From Diplonema japonicum (taxonomy: Eukaryota; Protista; Euglenozoa: Diplonemea), in NCBI GenBank assembly GCA_964019335.1, contig OZ025650.1, forward strand, positions 1 to 64,000: a stretch of 64,000 nt of DNA, given 5' to 3'. The notes beneath the pieces are model-generated. The model was given only the letters and a program-made list of their open reading frames with translations. It made no database searches and was not told the DNA's origin. Below, one piece after another: positions 1-11,139 of this stretch. Positions within the stretch are counted from its first letter, which is position 1. Every line of letters starts with the position of its first letter. The position numbers and the translations under genes are program-made.

Positions 1-2649
1 ATCCATACCCAGGATGTCGATAGCCTTGTTGCAGTGGTGCACTTCCAAGATGCTAGATGATCCTGTCGAAGTGCTCAAGATCCCCATCGGGGTTTCTGTT
101 TTAAAGTGGAACGAGTTGTTCAACCCCATGTGGTCTACATCGTGCACGAGGGCCGTGATCAACAGAACATAGCATTCCACCGGTTTGAGCTTCTCACACA
201 TTCTGTTGTGTCGCAAATAGCAGTACACAGTGTGGCATGTGTCAGCTGCGTGGAAGAAATTGTGGTAATGCACCATCCTGTAATTTAACCGCACCACTAC
301 CAAGAACCTGAGTAGTTTCTCCTCATTCACGCCTAGATCCCTGAAGCATCCTACGTCCTTGAACAGCTCCATCAGTACCAGGATCACCTTGTCGGGGTTC
401 CCTGTCCTCACGTCGTGCATGTTGAACTCCAAGCTCAAGCAATCTTCTCTTTCTTCTTCGGTGAGGCGCAGTTGTTTGTAAGGTGCCATGTCCTTATCGG
501 TGCATGTGTGGAAGTTCTTTGTCGACTCCGTGCTTGTTGAGCCCTGTGCCTGCAGCAGCATCATTGCGTTGTCGCGTGCTGAGACGGCGAATTGATAGAT
601 TTTGTTGTTGTAAAGAGAGACGCCCACGAACTCCGCGAAGTCAGAGAAGAGCATCTCGTCCTCTTTCGTGAAGACGTCCACTTTGTTGCGCTCGTTGAGC
701 TTGTTCTTCAGCTGGATCACAGCAACGACCTCGTCGTCGTGGTGCACAGGGCAGCACAGCAGGCTGTTTGTTTCGTATCCTGTTTTCTTGTCCGCTTTTT
801 TGTTGTAGCGGGGATCCAGGTTCACGTTCTTGATGTTCTCTGTTCTTCCCGACCTTGCAACAGCACCGATGATGCCCTCACCGATTGCTACGCGTTCTGA
901 CTCTAGCTCCTCGTCCTCCTCGCCGTCTGTGATGCCGAAGAGCTCGTTCTTCTCTTTGTCCACAAGGAACAAGTGGCATTTATCGGAATTCACCATCTCC
1001 TTCGCGCCTTGGATGATGTTTTGTACCACGTTCTCCGAGTCGCGCATGTCGGTGATCGCCAGCCGTCGCACTGAGGACATGATAGCCTGGTTCCTCGAGA
1101 GTGCCTGATGAAGGGTCCTGTGTTGCTTCAAGTTCCTCAATGACACTGCCACGAACACGCTAAAGCTGTTGAACAGCTTGACATCGTCGTCCGTGTAGGG
1201 CACCACCTTGCCACGGTGCTTCTTATTCGTCAGCTGTGCAATCGCCACGATACAGTTTTCATACCGCACAGGACAGCATAGAAGAGACTTTGTCTCGGGG
1301 GACAGCTCCTCCCTGCACCTCTGGAACAGGAAGTGGTCGTGAATGTTTGCAATGTTTAGGGGTTTTCCCTCTATGAGGACATGGTTCGCGATGTCCTTCC
1401 CAGGAGGGCCGGTCAGCTCTCCCTCCTCGTTCACAATGAATAGTGAGCATCCTTCGCTCTTGATCAGGTCCTTGGCAGACTCCATCACTGTGTACACAAG
1501 GTTATCGTTGTCGAAGTCGGCGCTTGAAATGAGCGTGCCAACCTTCAACAGCTCCTTGGCCCTTAGTTCTTGCCGTCTAGCGATGCTGTCCAAGATACCA
1601 CACCTCAGCAGAAGCGACGTTATCATTGCCACAGCTTCCAGGAGCTGGGTATCCCATTCTGCAAAACCTGGACCGCCTCTCTTGTTGACAAGTTGCATGA
1701 CACCAATAGCCTTGGAGTCCCTCAAGATAGGCACCGCCAGTAGATTCCTGACGTCTTCTTGCCTATTCTCGTCGCAGTCTGGCTGCAGCTCGCTGGAGGA
1801 CCTCCGGTAGTTAACTATGCCGCCTGTTAATATAACCATGCTGGCTGCGCGTTGTGGCTCCAAGCTAATATCAATAACGCCGACACCCCCCAGCTCAACA
1901 AGGGTGTCGTCGGCCTCTTCCTTGACCCATATCGTGCAGTCCTCCGAGCCCACGAGCTGTGCTGTCCGTGACTTGATGTAATTATACTTGTACTGCGAAG
2001 AGTCTTGCGGGATCGACGCAAGTTCAATGATTAGCGCGAGAAGCATGTCGTGGATAGCTTTGCTTCGCATCTGTCCCGTGAACAGCAACCTCTTGCACAC
2101 CATCGCAGTTGTGATCGCCTGCTGCTTGCGAATCCTTGGTGACGTCGCAGGACTCCCTGTCGGAGACCCATCTGTAAAACTGTTCTGCATGATTATCTTA
2201 TCTGCTGTGCTTGGGGTCGAGGTCCCTGAAAGGACGGTGGCGTGTATGGTGCCTTGAGGCATCTTCTGCTGAAGCTGGTTGAGTAGTCCTTGTGCTGCGG
2301 AAAGCTCCGAGTCGGTGAGCTTGCCCTCTTTTTGTGATAAAAGCGAACAGGCGTGGTCAAGCGACTCCTTGAGCCTTCCCTCAAGATCGGGGTTCAAGGG
2401 GTTAGGGATCAATGGGCTGAGGGGTCTTAGCTCAGATAGAGATGGAACACCCTGCATGCCCCTTGATGCTTTCAGAGAGGAGACTGCTTTTATATGTACC
2501 TTGCCAGGTGACAAAAGCGGTGTGGGATGAGGGGACACGGCTTTGGGCAGCATCTGCGGGGTACCTTTCAACCTCGCTAAACTCTCTTTCACAGCGCCCA
2601 GCTGGTCCCTGCTCGTCATCGGAGAAGGCGGCATGGACCCAACTACCAT
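1..2649 (-). CDS. Class I cyclic nucleotide phosphodiesterase with tandem GAF domains (PDEB-like); 3' end runs off the window
   Basis: Manual translation; not in the ORF track because there is no stop inside the window. YHNFFHAAD and HDVDHMGLNNSFHFKTETPMGILS...LEVHHC closely resemble the kinetoplastid PDEB catalytic domain. Three GAF-like segments: LLAVP..IGVMQLVNK, LLCCP..AIAQLTNK, LLCCP..AVIQLKNK. ATG at 2649 is in frame. Confidence 0.9.
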   Translation of the reverse strand, partial: MVVGSMPPSPMTSRDQLGAVKESLARLKGTPQMLPKAVSPHPTPLLSPGKVHIKAVSSLKASRGMQGVPSLSELRPLSPLIPNPLNPDLEGRLKESLDHACSLLSQKEGKLTDSELSAAQGLLNQLQQKMPQGTIHATVLSGTSTPSTADKIIMQNSFTDGSPTGSPATSPRIRKQQAITTAMVCKRLLFTGQMRSKAIHDMLLALIIELASIPQDSSQYKYNYIKSRTAQLVGSEDCTIWVKEEADDTLVELGGVGVIDISLEPQRAASMVILTGGIVNYRRSSSELQPDCDENRQEDVRNLLAVPILRDSKAIGVMQLVNKRGGPGFAEWDTQLLEAVAMITSLLLRCGILDSIARRQELRAKELLKVGTLISSADFDNDNLVYTVMESAKDLIKSEGCSLFIVNEEGELTGPPGKDIANHVLIEGKPLNIANIHDHFLFQRCREELSPETKSLLCCPVRYENCIVAIAQLTNKKHRGKVVPYTDDDVKLFNSFSVFVAVSLRNLKQHRTLHQALSRNQAIMSSVRRLAITDMRDSENVVQNIIQGAKEMVNSDKCHLFLVDKEKNELFGITDGEEDEELESERVAIGEGIIGAVARSGRTENIKNVNLDPRYNKKADKKTGYETNSLLCCPVHHDDEVVAVIQLKNKLNERNKVDVFTKEDEMLFSDFAEFVGVSLYNNKIYQFAVSARDNAMMLLQAQGSTSTESTKNFHTCTDKDMAPYKQLRLTEEEREDCLSLEFNMHDVRTGNPDKVILVLMELFKDVGCFRDLGVNEEKLLRFLVVVRLNYRMVHYHNFFHAADTCHTVYCYLRHNRMCEKLKPVECYVLLITALVHDVDHMGLNNSFHFKTETPMGILSTSTGSSSILEVHHCNKAIDILGMD

Positions 2650-2857
2650 ATGGTGCCTAACCCCACCTGGTGATATCAATAAAGACTCTGGTACAGGATG
2701 AGAAACACATAAAATAACAAAAAGAAATTCGATAAAATTCCAGCATGCCGATGCTCACTGTTTATAAAAGAAAGAGAAAACCCACAAAAAAATGGGGTTC
2801 TCTCTTTGGGTCGCTACACTATTTTTACGTTGAGTGCACCAACACCTGTGAGTGTAA

Positions 2858-5548
2858 TCATGTAAAATCCTTGATGTCAATGCCTTCGGTCGCGAGAAGC
2901 AAACGTTGTGTAAGAAGAGAGATAACCAAGGGGAGCAGGGTGATGCATGAAGGAGAAAGGTATGCAGAAAGGGAAGTGACGGCAAGGATGGGGAGGGTAA
3001 GGGGCGTGAAAGGGAGAAAGAGGGTAGGAACAACAACAGATGGTGTCAACCTGCGGGGCTTGCTGCCGTCCTTCACGGCGATCAGCTTGTATATCTCGTC
3101 AGCTACAAGAGACGTGTTAGACGAGCGAACCGAGTCTTCGTCAGACCGCTTCTTCACAACATGCAGGATTGAGTATAAGGCAAAGAGGAGGGTGCTTTCC
3201 TCGGTGATGCCCACCGAGGACAGTCTATTCTTCATGTCCGTCATGATCATGTCTCCAGACCCAAGGACGTTCCTTAGCCTCTCCACCTCTTCACCGTTCA
3301 CCTTCGCCATCATCAGGTTCGCTACGATTCTCAACACCAGCCGTTCCCCCTCCTCGCTGTTCTCCATCTCCTCACCTGACGTCGGTGCATATGCACTCAC
3401 TACCCTTTTGAGCACTGTGAGCCACTGCACTGCAGGCTTCAGCGGTGTGATCTTCTCTGATATATCCATGCTCCGTGCAGCGATTCCGCATTTTATGATG
3501 TACCACGACTCTGAGTGCGAGTCCCCAAAGCATGGACACTTTACTAGTGTAATGTCAACAGATAGCGCTGCCCGTACCCTGCAATCCGCCCCCATTGCCA
3601 CTAGCAACAGGAATGGGCGTATGAGGCCAGCCTTCTTTGCTAGTGTTTTGTAGTTCGACTGTCTTGACAGGTCTTCAATCAGAGTGCGCTGTTCATGTCC
3701 TCTAAAAATGAGATTCTTCGCCTCCGACAGAGACTCCCACGGCAATGAAAACGACGCGGTGAACAGCTGCTCACATTGCGCACAGAGCAGTTGTCCTGCC
3801 GTCATCCCCGCTGAGCACCGCACGCATTTTAATGTCCTTCTACAGCAGCTCTGACATCTGTAACTGTTGCGCATGCGCCCCTTACTCTCGATGTCATGTA
3901 GCGTGTCTTCGAAACACCATGAACACCATCCCTCGACTTCCCACGACTTGAGTGTTGCCTTTATGACCTCTGCGTCAGCAACCCACTGCTGCACCCCCCC
4001 ACTGCAGCGTGCGCAGTGCACATCGTCGAATGAATCCAAGGAGCCCCTGCTCATGCCGTCACTGCACTTCTTGCATTTCAATGTCCGTTTGTCACAGGAC
4101 AGACAACAATACGCGTCCCTCGAAAAGTCATTCGCCTTGCACAGAGTGTGGTTGGTGAGCAGCAAGCACCATGAACACCATCTGAGCAGCTGCTTCGGCC
4201 TACCACCCCAGTGGGGTATCACACCGTTATGCACAGCACAAAAGAGTGCAGTCTCGTGATGATGCTTGTTAGCCATGCTGGTGCAGAACGGATGCAGACA
4301 GGATACACCTATCTTCTTGCACCCTCGACACTGGTAAAGCGACCTCTTGGGGAAGGGCATTAAGAGGACAACAGTATGCTCCTCGTGAAGGTAGCATGAG
4401 GAACACCAACCATACCAATGGGGCTGCTTAGGTTTCTCAAGTTCTACTGGTGCTACCGAGAGGGACATCCCGTGTTGTACTGCGAGCGGGAGCTTCGTGA
4501 GGTGAGTAATACCTTCAGGAGTAATGGACACATCGCGGACATCAAGCGACGTGACCGACTCGCTAAGGCATCCTGACAGCACCTGTACGGCGTTCTCTTC
4601 AAACTTATTCCCACTCAGAGACAGTTCCTTCACACAGCTGTTCCCCCTTATTGCTTGAGATAGGGAAAATAACCCCTCGTTCCCTATCCCGTTGCACGAC
4701 AGGTCGATCGACTGCAACTTGCAACTAGAGCTTCTGAGCAAGTCGGCAAAGTACACTGCCCCCTCGCACTCGAGCATCCCTTTAGAGGAGCCCTTGAAAC
4801 CAAGTGAAGTGACAGAGCTTTGCAGGAGGTTCTCCGTTAGCTTCTTGATAAAATGTTTTCGGGGAATAAAGCTGTTGCCTCCTATGTCCAAGTCGCGGAC
4901 GAATGGTAGTGAGGCGAGCTTTACGAGGGAGGGCTCCGTGAGGGCATTGTCCGTGATGATGAGCGTTTTAAGGGTAGTGTTATGTCGCAGGGCCTCGTGC
5001 AGGGGTGGGATGGAGGAGTCGGTGATTCTGTTCTTCGAGACATCGAGGAGAGTGAGGCTTCCAGCATCCCTGAGGTGGGTAGAGAGTGCTAGAAGCCCTT
5101 CTGACATTATGATGTTTGCTGCAAGAGAGAGAGAAGTTAGGGAGGGGCAGTGCTGCAGCAGTGCAGCCACGCTGCAGCACCCCGCAGCGTTGAGGCGGTT
5201 TCCCGTCAGGTCAACAGATATCAGCGCTTTAGACAACGTCAACTGGTCACACAAGACACCGCACCATTCGTCTCCTAGCTTCTCGTATCGCAAGCTGACC
5301 ACAGGACTCCGTTGCACACCTTTCCCCAGTATTGTTCCTACTCGTGCCTCACCCCAAGCATCGTGGACCCTCTCCTCCTTTACCCGTCCCGCGCATGCTG
5401 CCGCTTCTTTCCCACATTCCCAATGTCCTGCCCACCCGCACCACCCACACTGCACACCGCCTCCGAAGATGGGCGCCACCCATTTGTCACAGCCATCGCA
5501 CCCTGCTGTGAGATAGCTCACCTTTCCAAAAAGGTGGTCGTTACGCAT
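2858..5548 (-). CDS. Multidomain protein: C1-like zinc finger, RI-type leucine-rich repeats, three Cys-rich WCSxC repeats, hydrophobic C-terminus
   Basis: 896-aa ORF. N-terminal H..CxxC..CxxC..HxxC. LRRs such as LTSLSLAANII and LQSIDLSCNGIGNEG. Repeats begin GWCSSC, RWCSWC and GWCSWC. Confidence 0.8.
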   Translation of the reverse strand: MRNDHLFGKVSYLTAGCDGCDKWVAPIFGGGVQCGWCGWAGHWECGKEAAACAGRVKEERVHDAWGEARVGTILGKGVQRSPVVSLRYEKLGDEWCGVLCDQLTLSKALISVDLTGNRLNAAGCCSVAALLQHCPSLTSLSLAANIIMSEGLLALSTHLRDAGSLTLLDVSKNRITDSSIPPLHEALRHNTTLKTLIITDNALTEPSLVKLASLPFVRDLDIGGNSFIPRKHFIKKLTENLLQSSVTSLGFKGSSKGMLECEGAVYFADLLRSSSCKLQSIDLSCNGIGNEGLFSLSQAIRGNSCVKELSLSGNKFEENAVQVLSGCLSESVTSLDVRDVSITPEGITHLTKLPLAVQHGMSLSVAPVELEKPKQPHWYGWCSSCYLHEEHTVVLLMPFPKRSLYQCRGCKKIGVSCLHPFCTSMANKHHHETALFCAVHNGVIPHWGGRPKQLLRWCSWCLLLTNHTLCKANDFSRDAYCCLSCDKRTLKCKKCSDGMSRGSLDSFDDVHCARCSGGVQQWVADAEVIKATLKSWEVEGWCSWCFEDTLHDIESKGRMRNSYRCQSCCRRTLKCVRCSAGMTAGQLLCAQCEQLFTASFSLPWESLSEAKNLIFRGHEQRTLIEDLSRQSNYKTLAKKAGLIRPFLLLVAMGADCRVRAALSVDITLVKCPCFGDSHSESWYIIKCGIAARSMDISEKITPLKPAVQWLTVLKRVVSAYAPTSGEEMENSEEGERLVLRIVANLMMAKVNGEEVERLRNVLGSGDMIMTDMKNRLSSVGITEESTLLFALYSILHVVKKRSDEDSVRSSNTSLVADEIYKLIAVKDGSKPRRLTPSVVVPTLFLPFTPLTLPILAVTSLSAYLSPSCITLLPLVISLLTQRLLLATEGIDIKDFT

Positions 5549-5624
5549 GTGTATCCTAAGTGCAGTCTGATGGGAATAGTTAGGATTCCAGAATACTCGT
5601 TACACATGTGATGTGCATCATGGT

Positions 5625-7058
5625 CTACTGCTTGCGTAAAAACCTAGAAAGAACCCATCCACCAGCCAGTAGAGCTGCTGTAGCACCCGTGATGCTCCCA
5701 ATCTGTTTAGTTCTAGCCTTTGCGTAGGGTTACATACCATCTTCATACGTTCCTGTTTGTAATAATCACGTTCTTCTTGGATCCATCCTGAGATGGGTTC
5801 ACCTGTTTCCGTGAGCTCTTGAAGGTCCTGTAATAGATGAAGTTGTTGTTGTTATGCGTCATACAGGAAGAGGGCCCAGTTCACCAGCCTCGCAAACGAC
5901 GTTCCAATCAGCCTCCCAGGATGGCACTACCTTATAGGCTAGCTGCTTGAGGGACAGACACGGGTCGTCTTTGAGCAATGTTTGAATGTGTTCCACTCTC
6001 CGCGCGCACTTCGCAGCGGATGCCGTGTCTGGCATGTTGTTGACAGTGAGGTGGCGCGTTAGGAAAGCCTCGATGTCCTCCGGCGACCATGCTGCTACCT
6101 CCTTGAGGAAGGTGTTTGAAAGGGGCTTCAAAGCACCAGGCATGGCCAAGCTGCATGGGTACCAGTATGAGCCGAAGCGGGAGTCGTCCTCCTCAAGGGA
6201 CAAGATGAGCTTGTCCTCTGCCAGGTCGCCAAAGGTCCTCGTGTTGTCAATCGCCATCAACTTAAAGCCGCCGCCATTCAGCTCCTGCACCATAAGATTG
6301 ACAGGGGTACCGTCACGTTGGAGAGTGACGATGTTGAGGAGGATGAGCTTCTCGAGGTACTCTTGCGAAGTGGTTTCGATAAGCTGGATGAAGTCGTAGT
6401 CGGTGGGGGTGGAGGAGAGGAGCAGAGTGTTGCCTTCGTCTGCAAGCTTACCTAGAGGAGTAGAGAGGAATGCAGACTGCAAGTCGCAGAAGCCTTTTTC
6501 GTTTGATAATGCAGACGCGATACCTGTACTCTCCCATGGGTTGCAGGCGATGAAGGCCTCTGCTGAGCAGTGCTCGACAGGGGGCGCAGCACCGCTGTAA
6601 AAATCGAAAAGCTCTCTCTGCAAGACATCCTTGAGGTTGTTCGTGGAAGGGCGCGAGCTGATTTTAAGGTCGACAGCAGTGGTAATGATGGGTGCAACAA
6701 CACCGTCGAGGCCTAGATACTCGGCGAGCTTGTAGTGCACCACCTCCCTGCGGCTTTTATCAGGGTACTGCCCGCGACACTTAACAACCGCCCTGTCACT
6801 GCCTGCTTCGACCACGGCTACCATTGCGCTGTGTTTGTGTGTCTGTATCATTGTGACCTCCCCTTTTTCTATGGGTGTTGCGAGGATCTGACTGATTCTT
6901 TCCTGCTCAACGCCATTCCTCCATGACTTCTTCGCAACCTCCTCCTGCATCTGGAGCAGCACCTTGCTTAGGTCGTCCGCTTCTTCTGGGCTCCATGACC
7001 CTTCTTTCATCCAATTCAAAACCTCCTCACATTTTGCTGTTGCGTCTTGGATCTTCAT
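5625..7058 (-). CDS. Atypical kinase (PI4K type II/gamma-like superfamily) with C-terminal tail anchor; 2 introns (5828-5864, 5703-5737)
   Basis: Motifs AVVK, REVVHYKL, RDGTPVNLMV and AIDN. Removing the 37- and 35-nt GTATG..CAG introns extends the frame to ...MKMIGSITGATAALLAGGWVLSRFLRKQ* (TAG at 5625-5627). Confidence 0.7.
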
Positions 7059-7777
7059 TTTCCCTTCCTTCCTTTCCCTTTCGCTTGAAAAACAGAATGC
7101 TTTCAGAGTTTGCTTTGCTTGGGAAAGCTAAACGATCAAAAAAAAAAAAGGCGAACAAAAACAAATAAAAGGTTATTCTTTTTATCTTTCTGTCCCTCCC
7201 TCTCGTTTAACATTTCACAAAACAATGGTACAGACATGATGAGGGTATAAAAGAAAATCGATGAACCTCGGTGCAGGGGGGGAGGGGGGGGACCGTGCCG
7301 TTCTAATACAACAGTGGAAGGCAACAACAATATCGTGGTAGAAGCGGGGATTCTGCTGCACAAACAACGTTCCTAAGCGAAGTATGAGATTAAAGTGCTG
7401 CGTAAGAGTCATCCCTTCTTTTTTTTTTTCTTCCTCTTCTTCTTTATTCCTAAAAAAGAAAAAAATATATATAAAAAAAACCAGCTTACTTCATTATCAT
7501 TAGCTTCGCCGTGCGTGCTGTAGCATGTGATACAGATCCAGTGGGAAAGCATGTAGCACAGTCTTCTCTCTTTCGAAATTCCTTTTTCTTTTTTTTTTCC
7601 GAAAAAAAACGTTTTATCTTGTAAGACTCTCACTTTCTCCAAGAACACTAAGAGCAATATAAAAAAAAAAAGAAGAAGAAGCAAACGTGGGCGGAGGAGG
7701 TACACCTGCCTGCTGGCAAAAAGAAAAAGGGGGGGGGAAGAAAAAAATAAAATAAAATAAAAAATAACCAAACACTC

Positions 7778-8951
7778 CTATTCTTCAATCTCCTTTTCGA
7801 AAACGGCTCTCATCTCATTGACATGCTCGTTGACAGCATCCTGTGTGCGCTGTTTTCTTTTTCATTTCCCTGTCATACCTGAAGCTCCTGTAAATCGATG
7901 ACGTCGTTCGGCACGAGAGTCGCATCACTGGACCTACCCTCTGACATGAAGGGGTGGTTCAGAGAGTCTGCTGCAGTGGGGCGCTTCCAAGCATCCACCG
8001 AAAGGAGAGACAATACAAGGTTCTTGCCCTCCGCGCTTACCGATGCCCATTTGTCTTCAAACTTAGGAGGGAAGATGACTTTCTTCCACAACTCAGGATC
8101 ACGAGTCCACGGACGGAGAACCTCCTTGGGCCTACCAATGATTGGTGGGAAGCCACCGATAAGAAGGAAGTAAAATACCACACCACAAGCCCACAAATCG
8201 AGCTGCTTCACACTCTCCTTCGTCATCAAAATCTTTTGAATATCGTCAGCAGCCATGTCCAACCCAGCGATGGTACCGCTGACAATCTCAGGTGCCATGT
8301 ATGAGGAGCTTCCGAAAGGCGTGCACTGGTTGTTAATAACCTTTGCAATGCCGAAATCAGTCAGCTTCACATTATATGTGGCCCTGTCAATGAGAAGGTT
8401 CTCCGGTTTAATGTCTCTGTGAACAATGTCGTGGCTGTGCAGGTACGCCACCACCTCAAGAAGCGACTTCATGATTGAGATCACGTGTTGTTTGTGTATC
8501 CACATGTTATCCTTTCGCAGACCTCGGAGGAACTCCCACAGGTCGCAGTCCATCATTTCGTATACGTAGTACACGCTTTTCTCTGTTTTGATAATTTCGT
8601 ACAAGTGGACAATATTCGGGTGGTTTACCCTCCTCGTGATCTCGATCTCCTGAGCAAGCCACGCAGTCTTTATCCCAGTGTCGGCGTTCGCCTTGTGCAT
8701 TACCTTAATCGCCCTTATCTCTTCCTTTTCGTCTTTTGTCCACGCCTCGTACACCTTTGCAAAAGAGCCCTCGCACACCTGTCTCCCCATCTTGTACCTT
8801 TCCTCCACTGGACATTCGTAAATAGGCTTCTTCTCGTGTCCCACATCGCCATACCCTGTGTGTTGTGTTTATTTTGTTGTTGCATACGTTGCTTTGCTTC
8901 CATTTCCGCCTTAGCTTTGCTCGCCTCTCTGGCTTCTTTCTTGGGTGGCAT
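7778..8951 (-). CDS. CAMK-group Ser/Thr protein kinase; 2 introns (8856-8887, 7841-7878)
   Basis: RAIK, HRDIKPEN, DFG, MAPE and DLWACG motifs. A 32-nt intron joins the MPPKKE exon; a 38-nt intron adds DAVNEHVNEMRAVFEKEIEE*. Confidence 0.9.
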
Positions 8952-9097
8952 TTTTCTTAGTCTCCCCCCTTTTCTATCTCTTTTTCTTTTTTATGGCCCG
9001 ACCCTTGTGTTGCATTAAGTAGAAAAGAATCCACTCAGCATGTGTATGTACACAACAACAAAAAAGAAGAAGAAGCAAATGCAGAGGCTAACCTCAC

Positions 9098-11069
9098 TCA
9101 AGGTGTGTAGAGCCCATTAACAAAGCGCCCTTCGTACTTGGTGCCGTCGAGGTACCTGTGTGCATGTGTGGAGGTGCAGGGCATACGTGTAGACGCCTTG
9201 CCCGTGCATAACGCCGTTGACCATCTCGCCTTCATAGATGTCGGCAATAGTGGGGTTGCCTGCATCGTCAACGGAGCCGTTGGCAAAGGCGAACTTGCCA
9301 TAGCCGTCTAGGCGCTTCCCATCGGCCCACGTCCCTGTGATGCGGTCCCCGTTGGGCAACGAGAGTGTTGCTTGTCCATTCGGCTCGTCCCTCTGCCATG
9401 CACCATTGTACTCCGAGCCGTCCTTGTACAGGCATGTTCCCTTCCCTTCCCTCATCGATCCCTTCCACATCCCTGTGTACACATCCCCGTCCGCGTAATG
9501 CATTGTCCCCTTGCCGTCCAACCTTACGTCGTCGTGCCACACGCCTGTGAACTCATCCCCGTTAGGGTACAGCATCTTCCCTTTCCCGTTCTTCATCCCT
9601 TGGTTCCACAACCCTGTAAACACACCTGCGTCATTCCCGTGTTCGTCCACGTACGAGCATGTCCCTTCCCCGTTGGGATGGTTGTCTGACCACTGTCCTT
9701 TATACACAGTCCCTGTCGCGTACGTTACCACACCCTCCCCCTGCCGCTTCCCTTCGCTCCACTCGCCATCGTAGATATCACCCTCACTGTACTTCATGTA
9801 CCCGTTCCCATGCTGTTTGTTGAACAGCCATTGTCCTTTGTACGTGTCGCCGTTTGCATACTCACACGTACCCTCGCCACACCTTTCGTTGGCTTTGAAC
9901 CATCCCTTGTACTTGTCATTGTTCTCGCAGTGCTTCAGGCCGTGTCCATTCTGCTGGTCGTTCGCCCAATCCCCTTCGTACGTCTCGTTATTGCTATACG
10001 TACAGTGCCCAGATCCGTGGCGCATGTACCGTGTATCGTCCCACGACCCCACGTACACCCACTTGCCTGCTAGCTCGAACCTCCCCGGTTGGGTATCTGT
10101 CAGTACGCGTTCATCTTCTTTCCAGTACCCGTAAAAGATCACGGAGTTCGGCAGCACAAGGATCCCTTGGCCATGTCTTTTCCCATCCGCCCAGTCGCCC
10201 GTATATTTTCTTGCTTGTAGGTCAGTGTAGGTACCTTTACCATTACGTTCGTCATTCACCCAGTCACCGCTGTAGATAGTAGAGTCTGGGAAGGCTGCTG
10301 TTGCTGCCGAGACCATCTTGTCCGCCTCCCATTCTGCTGTCACTGTAACCCCTGATGCGTACTTGAAGGTCCCCTTGCCGCATCTCTTATTGCCCGACCA
10401 CCGTCCTTCGTATGACGTGCCGTCTGCATACGAGCAGGTACCCATCCCTTCTTTTACGTTGTCCCGCCACTCCCCCTCGTACACCATCCCGTTGTCGCGT
10501 GACAGAACGCCTTTCCCGTTCCTCTTGCCCAACCGCCAGTCGCCTTCGTAGTATTTGTCACTCCACTGATACCTCCCGTTGCCGTCCTTCTCTCCCTCCT
10601 TCCACTCGCCAATGTATGCGTCTCCATTGAAGTAGACACACTTTCCTTTCCCATGCCGCTTGTCTAGGAGCCACTCTCCCTCGTACTTGTTCCCTTCGGG
10701 AGTGGTCCACACGGCGGAGTATGTGTCCATTACAGTGTATGAAATGGTGATGAAGCTCACGCCCGACGTGGGTTGGTACACAACTGCAATGTATAGGTTG
10801 TCGCCAGTGAACTGCGGATCGATAGGGAGGATGTTGATGGTCTTTGCGGTGTCGGCACTCTCTGCCCGCCACAATGCATTCACCTCGCTGGGCTCTTTCT
10901 CATGCGACACGTACAGGTACGTCCTCCCGGCCGTGTTATTCTCATGCAGCGTGATCGTGTGCTGCGCTTTCTTGAAGCAGTGAATCACAAAGGTCTTCAC
11001 TGCAGCCCCATATGACACTTTGTGCTGCACCTCCACACTGTCCTGTAGTTCCACAGGTGGGTCATTCAT
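9098..11069 (-). CDS. MORN-repeat protein; 1 intron (9156-9186)
   Basis: About 20 YEGxWxxxKRxGKG repeats. Removing a 31-nt GTATG..CAG intron restores a last repeat, YTYLDGTKYEGRFVNGLYTP*. Confidence 0.92.
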
Positions 11070-11139
11070 CTTGTGTTTTATACAAACACCTTCTCTAGGG
11101 TAAATAATAAGAAACCAGGGTTACCAGAAAGGAAAATCT

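Noticed and set aside
5548-5627. Stop-codon read-through fusing the kinase to the C1-LRR gene (TAG ACC ATG in frame via a possible 5567-5603 intron)
   Set aside because: The donor GTAACG departs from the GTATG consensus, the kinase ends in a coherent tail anchor, and 60-80-nt spacers are normal here (e.g. 11069/11140, 23262/23325).
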